Source: Candidatus Methylomirabilia bacterium (GTDB taxonomy: Bacteria > Methylomirabilota > Methylomirabilia > Rokubacteriales > CSP1-6). Taken from it: a DNA stretch of 37,680 bases. The stretch lies in the NCBI GenBank assembly GCA_041492755.1, contig JBGPXN010000027.1, positions 1 through 37,680 on the forward strand. The letters are read 5' to 3'. The first letter of the stretch is position 1. Every line of letters starts with the position of its first letter. This document shows, in pieces, positions 1-8,762 of this stretch. Made by a program: the position numbers and the translations under genes. Below the pieces are notes generated by a model, which saw only the letters and a program-made list of their open reading frames with translations, did not search any database and was not told the origin of the DNA.

Positions 1-28
1 CGAAGCCCAAAGCCACAAGTATCGGCAC

Positions 29-149
29 CAGAGCGATGAGAAGGGTCCAGATGCGAGGCGGCGAGGAGCGACGACCGAGACGTGGCCCGGCCACGTCGCA
101 GGGAGGAGCGACGAGCCAACGAAGCAGATGGGCCCTTCTCATCGCTCTG
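29..149. repeat. MITE/REP-like 121-bp palindromic element
   Basis: Perfect 17-bp terminal inverted repeat cagagcgatgagaaggg (29-45) / cccttctcatcgctctg (133-149), extendable with mismatches. Central palindrome gacgtggcc-c-ggccacgtc (79-97). Lies just past the stop of the acyl-CoA dehydrogenase. Confidence 0.7.
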
Positions 150-152
150 ATC

Positions 153-1331
153 CTATTGCCCGTCGCCGAACGCGTTCAGCCCCGTAATGTCCCGTCCGAT
201 GATGAGCGTATGGATGTCATGCGTCCCTTCATACGTGTTCACCGTTTCCAGATTCATCATGTGACGAATGACCGGATGCTCATCGACAATCCCCGCCGCG
301 CCCATGACATCCCGGGCCGCTCTCGCCGTATCGAGCGCGATCTGCACATTGTTCATCTTCGCCATCGACACCTGCTGCGGTCGCACCGTGCCCGCATCCT
401 TCAGCCGCCCAAGCTGCAGGCTGAGGAGCTGCGCCTTCGTGATCTCGGTGATCATCCAGACCAGCTTCTGCTGCACGAGCTGGAACGACGCGATCGGCTT
501 GCCGAACTGGACGCGCTGCTGGGCGTACTGGAGCGACCAGTCGTAGCACGCCATGGCCGCGCCCATCGCCCCCCACGCGATGCCGTAGCGAGCCTGGTTG
601 AGGCAGCCGAGCGGGCCGCGCAGGCCCTTGACCTTGGGCAGCTTGTTGTCGAGCGGGATACGGCAGTCCTGGAACGCCAGCTCCGACGTGATGGACGCGC
701 GCATGGAGAACTTGCCGTGGATGTCGATCGTGGAAAACCCCGGCGTGCCCTTCTCGACGAGATAGCCGTAGATCTCGCCGTCGTCTTCTTTCGCCCACAC
801 CACCGCCACGTCGGCGATGGAGCCGTTGGTGATCCAGAGCTTGGTGCCGTTGAGCACGAAGCCGTCGCCGGCGCGCCGGGCCCGCGTCTTCATGCCGCCG
901 GGATCGGAGCCGTGGTCGGGCTCGGTGAGGCCGAAGCAGCCGACCTTCTCGCCCCGCGCGAGCAGCGGCAGCCAGCGCTCCTTCTGGGTCTCGGAGCCGT
1001 AGGCGTAAATCGGGTACATCACGAGCCCGCTCTGCACCGAGGCGCAGGAGCGCAGGCCGGAGTCGCCCCGCTCGAGCTCCTGCATGATCAGCCCGTAGGC
1101 CACGTTGTTGAGCCCGGCGCAGCCGTAGCCCTGCAGGGTGGCGCCGAACACGCCCATGTCGCCGAGCTTCGGGATCAGCTCGACCGGGAAGGTGCCCGCG
1201 CGATGGTGCTCGGCCACGACGGGATTGAACTCCGACTCCACCCAGTCGCGAATGGCGTCGCGCACCATCCGCTCGTCCTCGCTCAGGAGCGCATCGATCC
1301 CGTAGTAATCGACGCCCCGAAACTTCTCCAT
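153..1331 (-). CDS. gcdH: Acyl-CoA dehydrogenase, glutaryl-CoA dehydrogenase-like
   Basis: 392 aa. Motifs ELERGDSGLRS, GCFGLTEPDHGSDPGGM, LNGTKLWITNG and NLETVNTYEGTHDIH are typical of the GCDH subfamily. Confidence 0.85.
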   Translation of the reverse strand: MEKFRGVDYYGIDALLSEDERMVRDAIRDWVESEFNPVVAEHHRAGTFPVELIPKLGDMGVFGATLQGYGCAGLNNVAYGLIMQELERGDSGLRSCASVQSGLVMYPIYAYGSETQKERWLPLLARGEKVGCFGLTEPDHGSDPGGMKTRARRAGDGFVLNGTKLWITNGSIADVAVVWAKEDDGEIYGYLVEKGTPGFSTIDIHGKFSMRASITSELAFQDCRIPLDNKLPKVKGLRGPLGCLNQARYGIAWGAMGAAMACYDWSLQYAQQRVQFGKPIASFQLVQQKLVWMITEITKAQLLSLQLGRLKDAGTVRPQQVSMAKMNNVQIALDTARAARDVMGAAGIVDEHPVIRHMMNLETVNTYEGTHDIHTLIIGRDITGLNAFGDGQ

Positions 1332-1366
1332 GACTCAGTCCTTTCGCCGGCGCGGCCGCGCCGGCA

Positions 1367-2026
1367 TCACAGGCGAATGGGGTTGAAGTCGGTATCGTAG
1401 TCGAACGTATCCACCCGCTCCCGCGATTTCAACCAACCCACCGCCGCGTAGGTCAAGGGCGTCGCCGCCGCCTCGTAGGCCACCTTCGCGATCCACTGCG
1501 CGAAGATCATGCCGGCGAGCACGCCGCCGGGGACCTGGCCGCCGAACGCCAGCGCCACGAAGACGGCCGAGTCGAGTCCCTCGCCGACCACGGTCGAGCC
1601 GATCGTGCGGACCCAGAGCCAGCGCCCGCGCGTCGCGATCTTCAGCTTGGCCAGCACGAACGCATTGGCGAACTCGCCCACCAGGTATGCCGCGAACGAT
1701 GCACCGAGCAAGCGCGGCGTCTGGCCGAGGATCTCGGCCCACGCCGGCTGGCTCTTCCAGAACCCGGCGGCCGGCATCTCCCCGGCGATCCAGATCGCGA
1801 CGACCATCACCGTGTTGCAGCCGAAGCCCAGCCAGATCACGCGGCGCGCGACGGCATACCCCCACACCTCGGTGAGCACGTCGGCGAGCACGTACGACAG
1901 CGGGAAGATGATGATCCCCGCCGGCAGCACGACGCCACCGAGCACGACGAGCTTGGCCGCGATGACGTTCGCGGTGAGCAGACACGTGACGAACAGCGCC
2001 ACGCACGTGACGAACCGCCAGCTCAT
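1367..2026 (-). CDS. yhhQ: Queuosine precursor transporter (VUT/YhhQ family)
   Basis: Hydrophobic protein with FPLSYVLADVLTEVWG, LWVRTIGSTVVGEGLDS and C-terminal DFNPIRL. ATG at 2026 preferred because a TATCAT -10 box lies 9 nt upstream. Confidence 0.85.
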   Translation of the reverse strand: MSWRFVTCVALFVTCLLTANVIAAKLVVLGGVVLPAGIIIFPLSYVLADVLTEVWGYAVARRVIWLGFGCNTVMVVAIWIAGEMPAAGFWKSQPAWAEILGQTPRLLGASFAAYLVGEFANAFVLAKLKIATRGRWLWVRTIGSTVVGEGLDSAVFVALAFGGQVPGGVLAGMIFAQWIAKVAYEAAATPLTYAAVGWLKSRERVDTFDYDTDFNPIRL

Positions 2027-2104
2027 CGCGGGCCGATGATACAAGAGCTTGTCCGCCGACGTCGCTCAGCATCACTACTCACCGCTCGTGCATCCACACG
2101 GTGC

Positions 2105-2242
2105 ATCGTCGAGACGAAGGACCTGGACGAGAACACTCAACTCGACCTCGACCGCGGTGGAAACGTCTGCGCGATCACCATCGAACATGCGCGGGAACGA
2201 GCCGACCTCCCTCACTTCTCGTTCGAACAAGTCGGGCCCTAA
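2105..2242 (+). pseudogene. 5'-truncated DUF2283-family gene fragment
   Basis: IVETKDLDENTQLDLDRGGNVCAITIEHARERADLPHFSFEQV resembles the C-terminal two-thirds of DUF2283 proteins. The N-terminal YxxxxDxLYI segment and a credible start are missing. Confidence 0.6.
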
Positions 2243-2299
2243 CTTCAGCATTCAGCCGGCGGACGCGTCCGCGTCCGCCGGCTGATGGGAAGCTAGACG
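2236..2299 (+). mobile_element. Degenerate integron attC-like site
   Basis: R''-like gCCCTAAC overlaps the TAA stop of the DUF2283 fragment. Then a 5-nt spacer, L''/L'-like cattcagccg...cggctgatg with one unpaired base, and a perfect 16-bp stem (2252-2267/2270-2285). R' GTT is degraded (ggaagctagac). Confidence 0.55.
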
Positions 2300-3693
2300 T
2301 TGGTGACGATCGAGGGCGGCTCTTCGTCCAGCGCCTTCGCCAGCGCCACCGCGAGCTGGCCGTCGTGCTCGTGGGTGGTCGCGAAGATGCGGCACTGGGC
2401 GACCTTGCCGGGCAGGTACTTGAGGAGCTCGGTCAGCGGCTCCTTGGCGACCCGATCGGTGGCCGGGTCGAACACGTAGATCTGCCGGTCGCCCATCTTG
2501 AGCGGGTTCAGCGGCCGTGGGTCCTGCAGCGCCATGTCGATCTTGAACGGAAACTCCCGAAGCGACGCCGGCAGGTACATCCGCACGCGCCGCTCCACGG
2601 TCTCGACGTCGAGGAAGCCCTGCCCGCGCTTGGGCTCGAAGAGATCGAGCACGATCTCGTGCGACATCCGCCACTTGAGCCGGCGGTCGAGGATCTGCGC
2701 CCACTCGGCACCGAGGGCCTTGCGCTCGGGATCGTCCGAATCGTGCCAGCGCCCCACTTCCTCCAGCAGCGCCCACTCCGTGAGGTGCAGATACGGGTGG
2801 AGGTCCTTGCGGAGATCGAAGGGAAACACCAGCCGCATCGTTTCGCGAAAGATCTCCTTGAGGTGCAGGTCGATGCCACGGGTGGTCCGGTGGTAATAGA
2901 CGTTCGCGTACATGTAGAAGCGGGCGTTCAGGAACATGATGAAGGCTCCGAGCCCGCCCCGATGGATCGTGAGCCCTTCCTCGGAGAAGAACGAGTAGTG
3001 GATGATCCGCTCGACGTCGATGGGGCCGACGGCCACCCCGCACATGTACGAGTCGCGCAGCACGTAGTCCATGTTGTCGGCGGTGAAGACACCGGACAGC
3101 AGCGGCTTCAAGTGCGCGAGCCATCTGGGGTGGGAGGTCAGCGGCTGGGTGTAGCCCTTGCCCATCAGGTAGCAGATCCACTCGGGATCGATGGCTTCAC
3201 CGGCGGTGAACGGTCCCGACGGGCTCCGCCGAAGCGCTCGAATGGTGTCGCCGAGCTCGTCGCGGATGATCCGCTGGCCGACGAGCTCGTGGGTCAGGTC
3301 GTAGTCGACGAGGAAGTTGTCGTCGAAGAAGTGACCGAACGGCCCGTGCCCGACGTCGTGCAGCAGCCCCGCCATTCGAAGCAGCTCCTCGAGCAGCGGC
3401 GCCGATGGCCCGTCCGGAAAGATCGCGTGGAACGAGGGAGAAAGCTGCTGGGCGAAGCGGCCGGCCAGGTGCATGGCTCCGAGCGAATGCTGGAAGCGAC
3501 TGTGCTCCGCGGCCGGAAACACCCAGCGGGCCGACTGGAGCTGGGGGATGCGGCGCAGGCGCTGCACCCACGGCGTGTCGATGACGTCCTGCTCGGTCGC
3601 CTCGCCGGCGACGTCGCGGGTGTAGAGGATGTACTGGTGAATCGGGTCCGCGATGAGACCGCGGCCCTGGTAGGTGTCGGCGGCGCCCTTCAT
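2293..3693 (-). CDS. HD-domain phosphohydrolase (YwfO/SAMHD1-like dNTP triphosphohydrolase family)
   Basis: 466 aa. Motifs DPIH, QRLRRIPQL, EHSRFQHSLGAMHLA, LLHDVGHGPFGH, ADNMDYVLRD, ARFYMYANVYYH. Confidence 0.85.
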   Translation of the reverse strand: MKGAADTYQGRGLIADPIHQYILYTRDVAGEATEQDVIDTPWVQRLRRIPQLQSARWVFPAAEHSRFQHSLGAMHLAGRFAQQLSPSFHAIFPDGPSAPLLEELLRMAGLLHDVGHGPFGHFFDDNFLVDYDLTHELVGQRIIRDELGDTIRALRRSPSGPFTAGEAIDPEWICYLMGKGYTQPLTSHPRWLAHLKPLLSGVFTADNMDYVLRDSYMCGVAVGPIDVERIIHYSFFSEEGLTIHRGGLGAFIMFLNARFYMYANVYYHRTTRGIDLHLKEIFRETMRLVFPFDLRKDLHPYLHLTEWALLEEVGRWHDSDDPERKALGAEWAQILDRRLKWRMSHEIVLDLFEPKRGQGFLDVETVERRVRMYLPASLREFPFKIDMALQDPRPLNPLKMGDRQIYVFDPATDRVAKEPLTELLKYLPGKVAQCRIFATTHEHDGQLAVALAKALDEEPPSIVTNV

Positions 3694-3708
3694 CGAGCTC
3701 CGATCGAA

Positions 3709-4737
3709 TCAGTTCCCGATCGGCTTCAAGAGACGATAGCGATCGATGCTCCGCACGGTAATGGTCTGAACCCCCGCCTCACGTCGCACGGCCACCTTGA
3801 CGACGTCGCCCGCGCGGCCGCGCCAGAGCTGCTCGTAAAACTCCTCCTGGGTCCGTACCGACACGTCGTTGACGCCGACGATGGTGTCGCCCCGGCGAAA
3901 GCCCGCTTTGGCGGCGGGGCCAGTCGGTGAGAATCCGTCCACGATGACCTTGCCTTCCGTCGCGACCGTGTAGAGCCCGAGCCAGGGACGCGGCGGCCGG
4001 CTCACCACGCGCCCGGCCGCGATCAGCTCTTCCTTCACGGGGACGAACTTCTCCATGGGGATGGCGACGTTGACGTGCGGCGGGTCGCCGATGCGCAGCG
4101 ACGCGACGCCGACGACGTGGCCGCGGTCGTTGACGACGGCGCTGCCCCCCCACGACGAGCTGCCGGGCGCGACCAGCAGCGCGCGCTCCAGCATGTACTC
4201 CCAGAAGCCGGAGAAGCGGCGGATGGCCTGAACGTTGGCGGATACGTACACGAGGTCGTTGTCCTCGTCGACGCCGACCGTCCCGGCGATGTCGCCGGCC
4301 CGCACGTCGCGCGACTCGCCGAGCGTCGCCACCGGGAATGGCCCCGGTCCTCCGAGCTTCACGACGGCGAGACCGCTTTCCAGATCGAGTCCGACCAGTC
4401 GGGCGGGAATCCCGTCGCCGGTGCGCAGCTGCGCCTCCACCCGCTCGGCATCCAGCATCGCGTAGCTCACGGTGACGGCGTACCCGCGCGGGTCGAAGAT
4501 CACGCCGCTCGCGAAGCGGGTCGCGCCGAGCCGGGCACTGGAGGCGGCGTTGGGATCCGCCTTCACGCGCAGGGCGACGATCGCCGGCTCCACGCGCTGC
4601 ACGTAGCTGGGACTCTCGGAGGCCTCGGCCGGACGGAGCCGCGGCTCCGGGGGCCGCGCCACCGCGCTGGCCAGCGCGGGCAGGGACAGCACGCAGGCAC
4701 AGACGGCGAGCAGGCGTCCGATCATTCGCACCTCCAA
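3709..4737 (-). CDS. Secreted trypsin-like (S1C) + PDZ protein lacking the canonical catalytic triad
   Basis: Signal peptide, then SGVIFDPRGYAVTVSY, LVGLDLESGLAVV, SSSWGGSAVVN and a PDZ domain (PWLGL...GPAAKAGFRRGDTIVGVN). Start may be the ATG at 4725. Confidence 0.75.
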   Translation of the reverse strand: MEVRMIGRLLAVCACVLSLPALASAVARPPEPRLRPAEASESPSYVQRVEPAIVALRVKADPNAASSARLGATRFASGVIFDPRGYAVTVSYAMLDAERVEAQLRTGDGIPARLVGLDLESGLAVVKLGGPGPFPVATLGESRDVRAGDIAGTVGVDEDNDLVYVSANVQAIRRFSGFWEYMLERALLVAPGSSSWGGSAVVNDRGHVVGVASLRIGDPPHVNVAIPMEKFVPVKEELIAAGRVVSRPPRPWLGLYTVATEGKVIVDGFSPTGPAAKAGFRRGDTIVGVNDVSVRTQEEFYEQLWRGRAGDVVKVAVRREAGVQTITVRSIDRYRLLKPIGN

Positions 4738-4744
4738 CCGACCA

Positions 4745-5743
4745 TCAGCGGTGGCCGTACTGTTGCGCGTAGTACGCGCGAAACGCGCCGGACTTGATGG
4801 GTCGCCACCAGGCCTGGTGGTCGCGATACCAGGCCACGGTTTCCATCAGGGCATCGTCGAAGCGATGGGCCGGCGTCCATCCCAGCGTCCGGATCCTGGT
4901 CGAGTCGAGCGAATAGCGGCGGTCGTGCCCGGGGCGGTCGGTCACGGGGCGAATCAGGCTCGCGGGCTTGCCGAGCAGGCGGAGGATCCCGTGCGTGAGC
5001 GCGATGTTCTCCACCTCGTTGCCGCCGCCGATGTTGTAGATCTCCCCCTCCCCGCCGTGCCGTACCACGCGATCGATGGCCGCGCAGTTGTCGAGCACGT
5101 ACACCCAGTCGCGCACGTTCCGGCCGTCGCCGTAGAGCGGCAGCGGCTGGTCGTCGATCGCGTTGGTGATGAAGAGCGGGATCACCTTCTCGGGATACTG
5201 GTAGGGGCCGAAATTGTTGGACGACCGCGTCACGATCACCGGCGTCCGATGCGTCTGCCAGTACGCGAGCGCGAGCAGGTCGCCGCCCGCCTTGGACGCC
5301 GAGTAGGGATTGGACGGGCGCAGCGGATCGTCCTCTTTCGAGGATCCCGTGGCCACGCTCCCGTAGACCTCGTCGGTGCCGATCTGCACGAAGCGCGGAA
5401 TGCGCAGCTCGCGCACCGCTTCCAGCAGCGTGAAGACCCCGCAGACGTCGGTGCGGAGGAACTCGTCCGGCTCCAGAAGTGAGCGATCGACATGAGTCGA
5501 GGCCGCAAAATTTAGCACGACGTCGACGCCGCGCGCGACGTCGCGCACGAGCTTGGCGTCGCAGATGTCGCCCTGCACGAAGCGGTACCGGGGCGAGTCG
5601 GCCACGTCGGCGAGGTTGGCCAGGTTGCCCGCGTACGTCAGCTTGTCGAGGTTGACGACGCTGTCGTCGGGGTGGGTGGTGAGGACGTGGCGGACGAAGT
5701 TCGAGCCGATGAAGCCGGCGCCGCCGGTCACGAGGAGCTTCAC
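4745..5743 (-). CDS. rfbB: dTDP-glucose 4,6-dehydratase
   Basis: Motifs VTGGAGFIGSNF, LDKLTYAGN, TDEVYG, PYSASK, DRPGHDRRY. Confidence 0.95.
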   Translation of the reverse strand: MKLLVTGGAGFIGSNFVRHVLTTHPDDSVVNLDKLTYAGNLANLADVADSPRYRFVQGDICDAKLVRDVARGVDVVLNFAASTHVDRSLLEPDEFLRTDVCGVFTLLEAVRELRIPRFVQIGTDEVYGSVATGSSKEDDPLRPSNPYSASKAGGDLLALAYWQTHRTPVIVTRSSNNFGPYQYPEKVIPLFITNAIDDQPLPLYGDGRNVRDWVYVLDNCAAIDRVVRHGGEGEIYNIGGGNEVENIALTHGILRLLGKPASLIRPVTDRPGHDRRYSLDSTRIRTLGWTPAHRFDDALMETVAWYRDHQAWWRPIKSGAFRAYYAQQYGHR

Positions 5744-5747
5744 GCGC

Positions 5748-6284
5748 CTACCCGCGCGTGACGTCCCAGACGTCCGCGCCCGCGAAGTCCCACGGCAACC
5801 GGCCTTCGTCGCAGGCGGCCGGGTCGGGCGAGAACGGCTGGTCCACGAAGTAGATGAGACGTCCGGGATCGGCGCCGAGGTTCCTGGCCCCGTGGGCGAC
5901 GCCGGGGGGGATGCGCACGAGCCGGGAGGCGCCGTTGCCCAGCATGAATCGCATCTGCGCGCCCTTCGTGGGCGACGCCTTCCGCACGTCCAGCAGGACG
6001 ACCAGCACGCGGTCGGTCGGCGGCGCGAACCAGACGTCCGTCTGGCGCGCGTGCAGATGGAAGGCCTTCACCACGCCCGGCTCGAGCTCGCTGTAGTTGA
6101 TCTGGCGGACGGTGAAGTCGGGAAACGCTTCGGGGTGGCCGTCGGTGAGCCGGAGCAGCTCGGTCAGCGCCCCGCTGTCGTCGTGGTGGCGCCCCAGGTC
6201 GACGACCTCGACGCCGGCGATGCCCGGCTTCGGCGCGTACGACTGCACCGAAAACGCGCGCTTGACCTCGTCACTCCATTCCAT
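5748..6284 (-). CDS. rfbC: dTDP-4-dehydrorhamnose 3,5-epimerase family protein
   Basis: RmlC-like cupin (PGVVKAFHLH, LLDVRKASPT, IPPGVAHG) located between rfbB and rfbA. Confidence 0.8.
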   Translation of the reverse strand: MEWSDEVKRAFSVQSYAPKPGIAGVEVVDLGRHHDDSGALTELLRLTDGHPEAFPDFTVRQINYSELEPGVVKAFHLHARQTDVWFAPPTDRVLVVLLDVRKASPTKGAQMRFMLGNGASRLVRIPPGVAHGARNLGADPGRLIYFVDQPFSPDPAACDEGRLPWDFAGADVWDVTRG

Positions 6285-6349
6285 CGCTCAGCCCGATGCC
6301 CGTCTCGCGCCGCGGAGCGCCCGCCGCGCGTCCGGGGAGCATAGCAAAG

Positions 6350-7222
6350 TCATGCGCCCTGTTCGACCATGCGCAGCAGGTACTGCCCGTAGGAGTTGCG
6401 GCTCATCGGCCCCGCAATCCGGAGCACGTCGTCCGCCGAGATGTAGCCCATCTTCCAGGCGATCTCCTCCAGGCACGCCACCATGAGCCCCTGCCGCTCC
6501 TCGATCGTCTGGATGAACGTCGACGCCTGCAACAGCGCCTCGTGCGTCCCGGTATCGAGCCACGCGATGCCGCGCCCGAGCCGCTCGACCTGCAGCGTGC
6601 CGCGCTGGAGATAGGCGGCGTTGACGTCCGTGATCTCGAGCTCCCCACGGGCGGACGGCCGCAGCCCGGCCGCGATGCCGAGCACGTCGTTGTCGTAGAA
6701 GTAGAGGCCGGTCACCGCCCACGGCGACCGCGGCTTGGCCGGCTTCTCCTCCAGATCCACGGCACGGCCGTCGGTGTCGAATTCCACCACGCCGTAGCGC
6801 TCGGGATCCCGCACCCAGTAGGCGAAGATCGTCGCGCCGGTCGTCCGCGCCGCGGCGTGCCGGAGGTAGTCCGGGAAGCCGTGACCGTAGAAGATGTTGT
6901 CCCCGAGCGCGAGGGCGACCGCGTCGCGTCCCACGAAGCGGGCGCCGATCACGAAGGCCTGGGCCAACCCGTCCGGCCGCGGCTGCTCGGCGTAGCGAAT
7001 GTCGAGCCCCAGGTGCTGGCCGTCGCCGAGCAGACGCCGAAAACTCTCCTGGTCTTGCGGCGTGGTGATGACCAGAATCTCGCGGATGCCGGCGAGCATC
7101 AGCGTGGACAGGGGGTAGTAGATCATCGGCTTGTTGTAGATCGGAACGAGCTGCTTGCTGACGCCCAGGGTCAGGGGGTAGAGGCGCGTACCGGAGCCGC
7201 CGGCCAGGATGATCCCCTTCAC
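6350..7222 (-). CDS. rfbA: Glucose-1-phosphate thymidylyltransferase
   Basis: Motifs [54 protein letters not shown]. Confidence 0.96.
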   Translation of the reverse strand: MKGIILAGGSGTRLYPLTLGVSKQLVPIYNKPMIYYPLSTLMLAGIREILVITTPQDQESFRRLLGDGQHLGLDIRYAEQPRPDGLAQAFVIGARFVGRDAVALALGDNIFYGHGFPDYLRHAAARTTGATIFAYWVRDPERYGVVEFDTDGRAVDLEEKPAKPRSPWAVTGLYFYDNDVLGIAAGLRPSARGELEITDVNAAYLQRGTLQVERLGRGIAWLDTGTHEALLQASTFIQTIEERQGLMVACLEEIAWKMGYISADDVLRIAGPMSRNSYGQYLLRMVEQGA

Positions 7223-7370
7223 GCTGAGCCTCTCGTCCTTGGCAGCATGGGATCATGCGACTATAGCAGCCCGGCGCCGGCCGGCGGAAATCGCCCGGGG
7301 GGCGTGCGAAAATCGCTCCGGCCACGCTGCCGGCGGGCCAATGACGCTTCACTCGACCGGGAAACGGGGA

Positions 7371-7376
7371 TAAGAT
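7371..7376 (+). promoter_or_regulatory. -10 box TAAGAT, leaderless promoter of moeB
   Basis: TAAGAT is 7 nt before ATG 7384 and no Shine-Dalgarno sequence is present. Confidence 0.5.
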
Positions 7377-7383
7377 CAAGCCT

Positions 7384-8607
7384 ATGAAAACCTTGAAAGA
7401 GATGTTGGCGGAGGCGCGACAGGTCGTTCCCGAAGAGGGACCGGCGGAGGTCGATCGGCGCCTCAAGAGCGGCGAGCCGGTGGTCGTCATCGACGTGCGC
7501 GATCCCGACGAGTACCGCGACGGTCACCTCGAGGCCGCCACCAACATCAGCCGCGGGTTCCTGGAGTTCCGCGTCGGCACCGCCGTCCACGACCAGACCA
7601 CGCCGATCGTCCTCTACTGCCAGACGGGGCTGCGCTCGGTGCTGGCGGCCAAGGCGCTGAAGGAGCTCGGCTACGAGCACGTCATCAACCTGAAGGGCGG
7701 CTATCAGAAGTGGGCGCAGGACCGCTTCCCGGTCGTCCGCGACGTGCCGATGACCCCCGACCAGATCCAGCGTTATAGCCGGCACTTCCTGCTGCCTCAG
7801 GTTGGTGAGAAGGGGCAGGCGCGGCTGCTGCGCTCGAAAGTCTTGCTCATCGGCGCCGGCGGTCTGGGCTCACCCTCCGCGCTCTACCTCGCCGCCGCCG
7901 GCGTGGGCACGCTCGGCCTGATGGACGGCGACGTGGTGGACATCACGAACCTCCAGCGCCAGGTGCTTCACACCACGGCCGACGTCGGCAAGCCCAAGGT
8001 GGAGTCGGGCACGCGCACGATCAAGGCGCTGAATCCGGACGTCAACGTGGTCACGCTGCCGTTCCGGATCGACGTCGACAACGTCATGGACGTCATCAAG
8101 GACTACGACCTCGTCGTCGACGGTTCCGACAACTTCGAGACGCGCTACCTCGTCAACGACGCGTGCTACCTGGCGGGCAAGACGAACGTCCACGGATCGA
8201 TCTTCCAGTTCGAGGGCATGGCCACCGTGTTCGCGCCGAACCAGGGTCCGTGCTACCGCTGCCTCTATCCAACCCCGCCCCCGGCCGGGCTCGTACCCTC
8301 CTGAAGCGAGGCTGGCGTCCTGGGCGTGCTCCCAGGAGTGGTTGGGCTGGTGCAGGCGACCGAAACCGTGAAGCTCGTGCTCGGCATCGGCGAGCCGCTG
8401 ATCGGGCGGCTCCTCACCTACGACGCGCTCGGCATGCGGTTCCGTGAGGTGAAGCTGCGGCGCGATCCGAAGTGCCCGCTGTGCGGGACCGCGCCGACGA
8501 TCACCGACCTGTCGATCCATCGCGACGGCGCCGGCGGCGCCTGCGAGATCACCCCGGAGGCCCACGCCGAGCCAGTCGGCGCCGGGCGCTCCAAAGCGGA
8601 GTGCTGA
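7384..8607 (+). CDS. moeB: Rhodanese-MoeB/ThiF adenylyltransferase fusion, probable selenoprotein (UGA at 8302-8304 read as Sec), 407 aa
   Basis: N-terminal rhodanese (IDVRDPDEY, YCQTGLRS) then MoeB (RYSRH, GAGGLGSP, NLQRQ, DGSDNF, CYRC). ORFs 7384-8304 and 8326-8607 share one frame and join as GLVPS-(UGA)-SEAGVLGVLPGVVG, matching the family consensus PSCxEAGVLG. The second CxxC (CPLC) is downstream of the UGA. Confidence 0.88.
8318..8337 (+). promoter_or_regulatory. Candidate bacterial SECIS hairpin
   Basis: Stem tcctggg (8318-8324) / cccagga (8331-8337) with loop cgtgct (GU at loop positions 2-3). The loop starts 20 nt after the UGA. Confidence 0.6.
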
Positions 8608-8741
8608 GTGGGGGGCCCCGATATGGCCCCCCACACCCCCCACACCCCCCAAACGCTCGGCAGCACCCCGGGGAACCCGGGGCGCTCCTCGACCCCCCAC
8701 ACGCTCGGCAGCGCCCCGGCACAGCCGGGGCGCTCCTCGAC
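8608..8741 (+). repeat. Composite palindromic repeat, copy A (head hairpin + two 48-bp-period hairpin units)
   Basis: Head gtggggggcc-ccgatat-ggccccccac (8608-8634), C-rich linker, then units acgctcggcagcRccccgg..ccggggcgctcctcgac at 8653-8693 and 8701-8741. Confidence 0.85.
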
Positions 8742-8762
8742 TCCGCGATTCGTCCACGGGCT

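Noticed and set aside
36..1400. Long antisense and alternative-frame ORFs (e.g. 36-1400, 2101-3930, 16691-18787, 23725-25527, 30934-33117)
   Set aside because: Arg/Ala/Gly-rich shadows of real genes caused by high GC3, with no family motifs.
2027..2105. preQ1 riboswitch upstream of yhhQ
   Set aside because: No recognisable preQ1 stem or A-rich tail, and a -10 box 9 nt from the ATG leaves no room for a leader.
2293..3693. HD protein as an anti-phage dNTPase or part of a defence island
   Set aside because: It looks like the widespread YwfO-type family in a housekeeping operon with host-like codon usage and no defence neighbours.
4745..7222. rml cluster lacking rmlD as a novel sugar pathway
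   Set aside because: Split rml loci are common and rmlD may be elsewhere. The window cannot decide this.
8302..8304. moeB as a simple nonsense pseudogene, or genome-wide UGA reassignment
   Set aside because: The stop falls exactly on the conserved Cys with a SECIS-like hairpin and no other decay. Many other genes here end normally at TGA, so the code is not reassigned.
8653..8741. 48-bp-period repeats as a mini CRISPR array
   Set aside because: Only two units per locus, the linkers are about 7-nt C-runs rather than unique spacers, and there are no cas genes.
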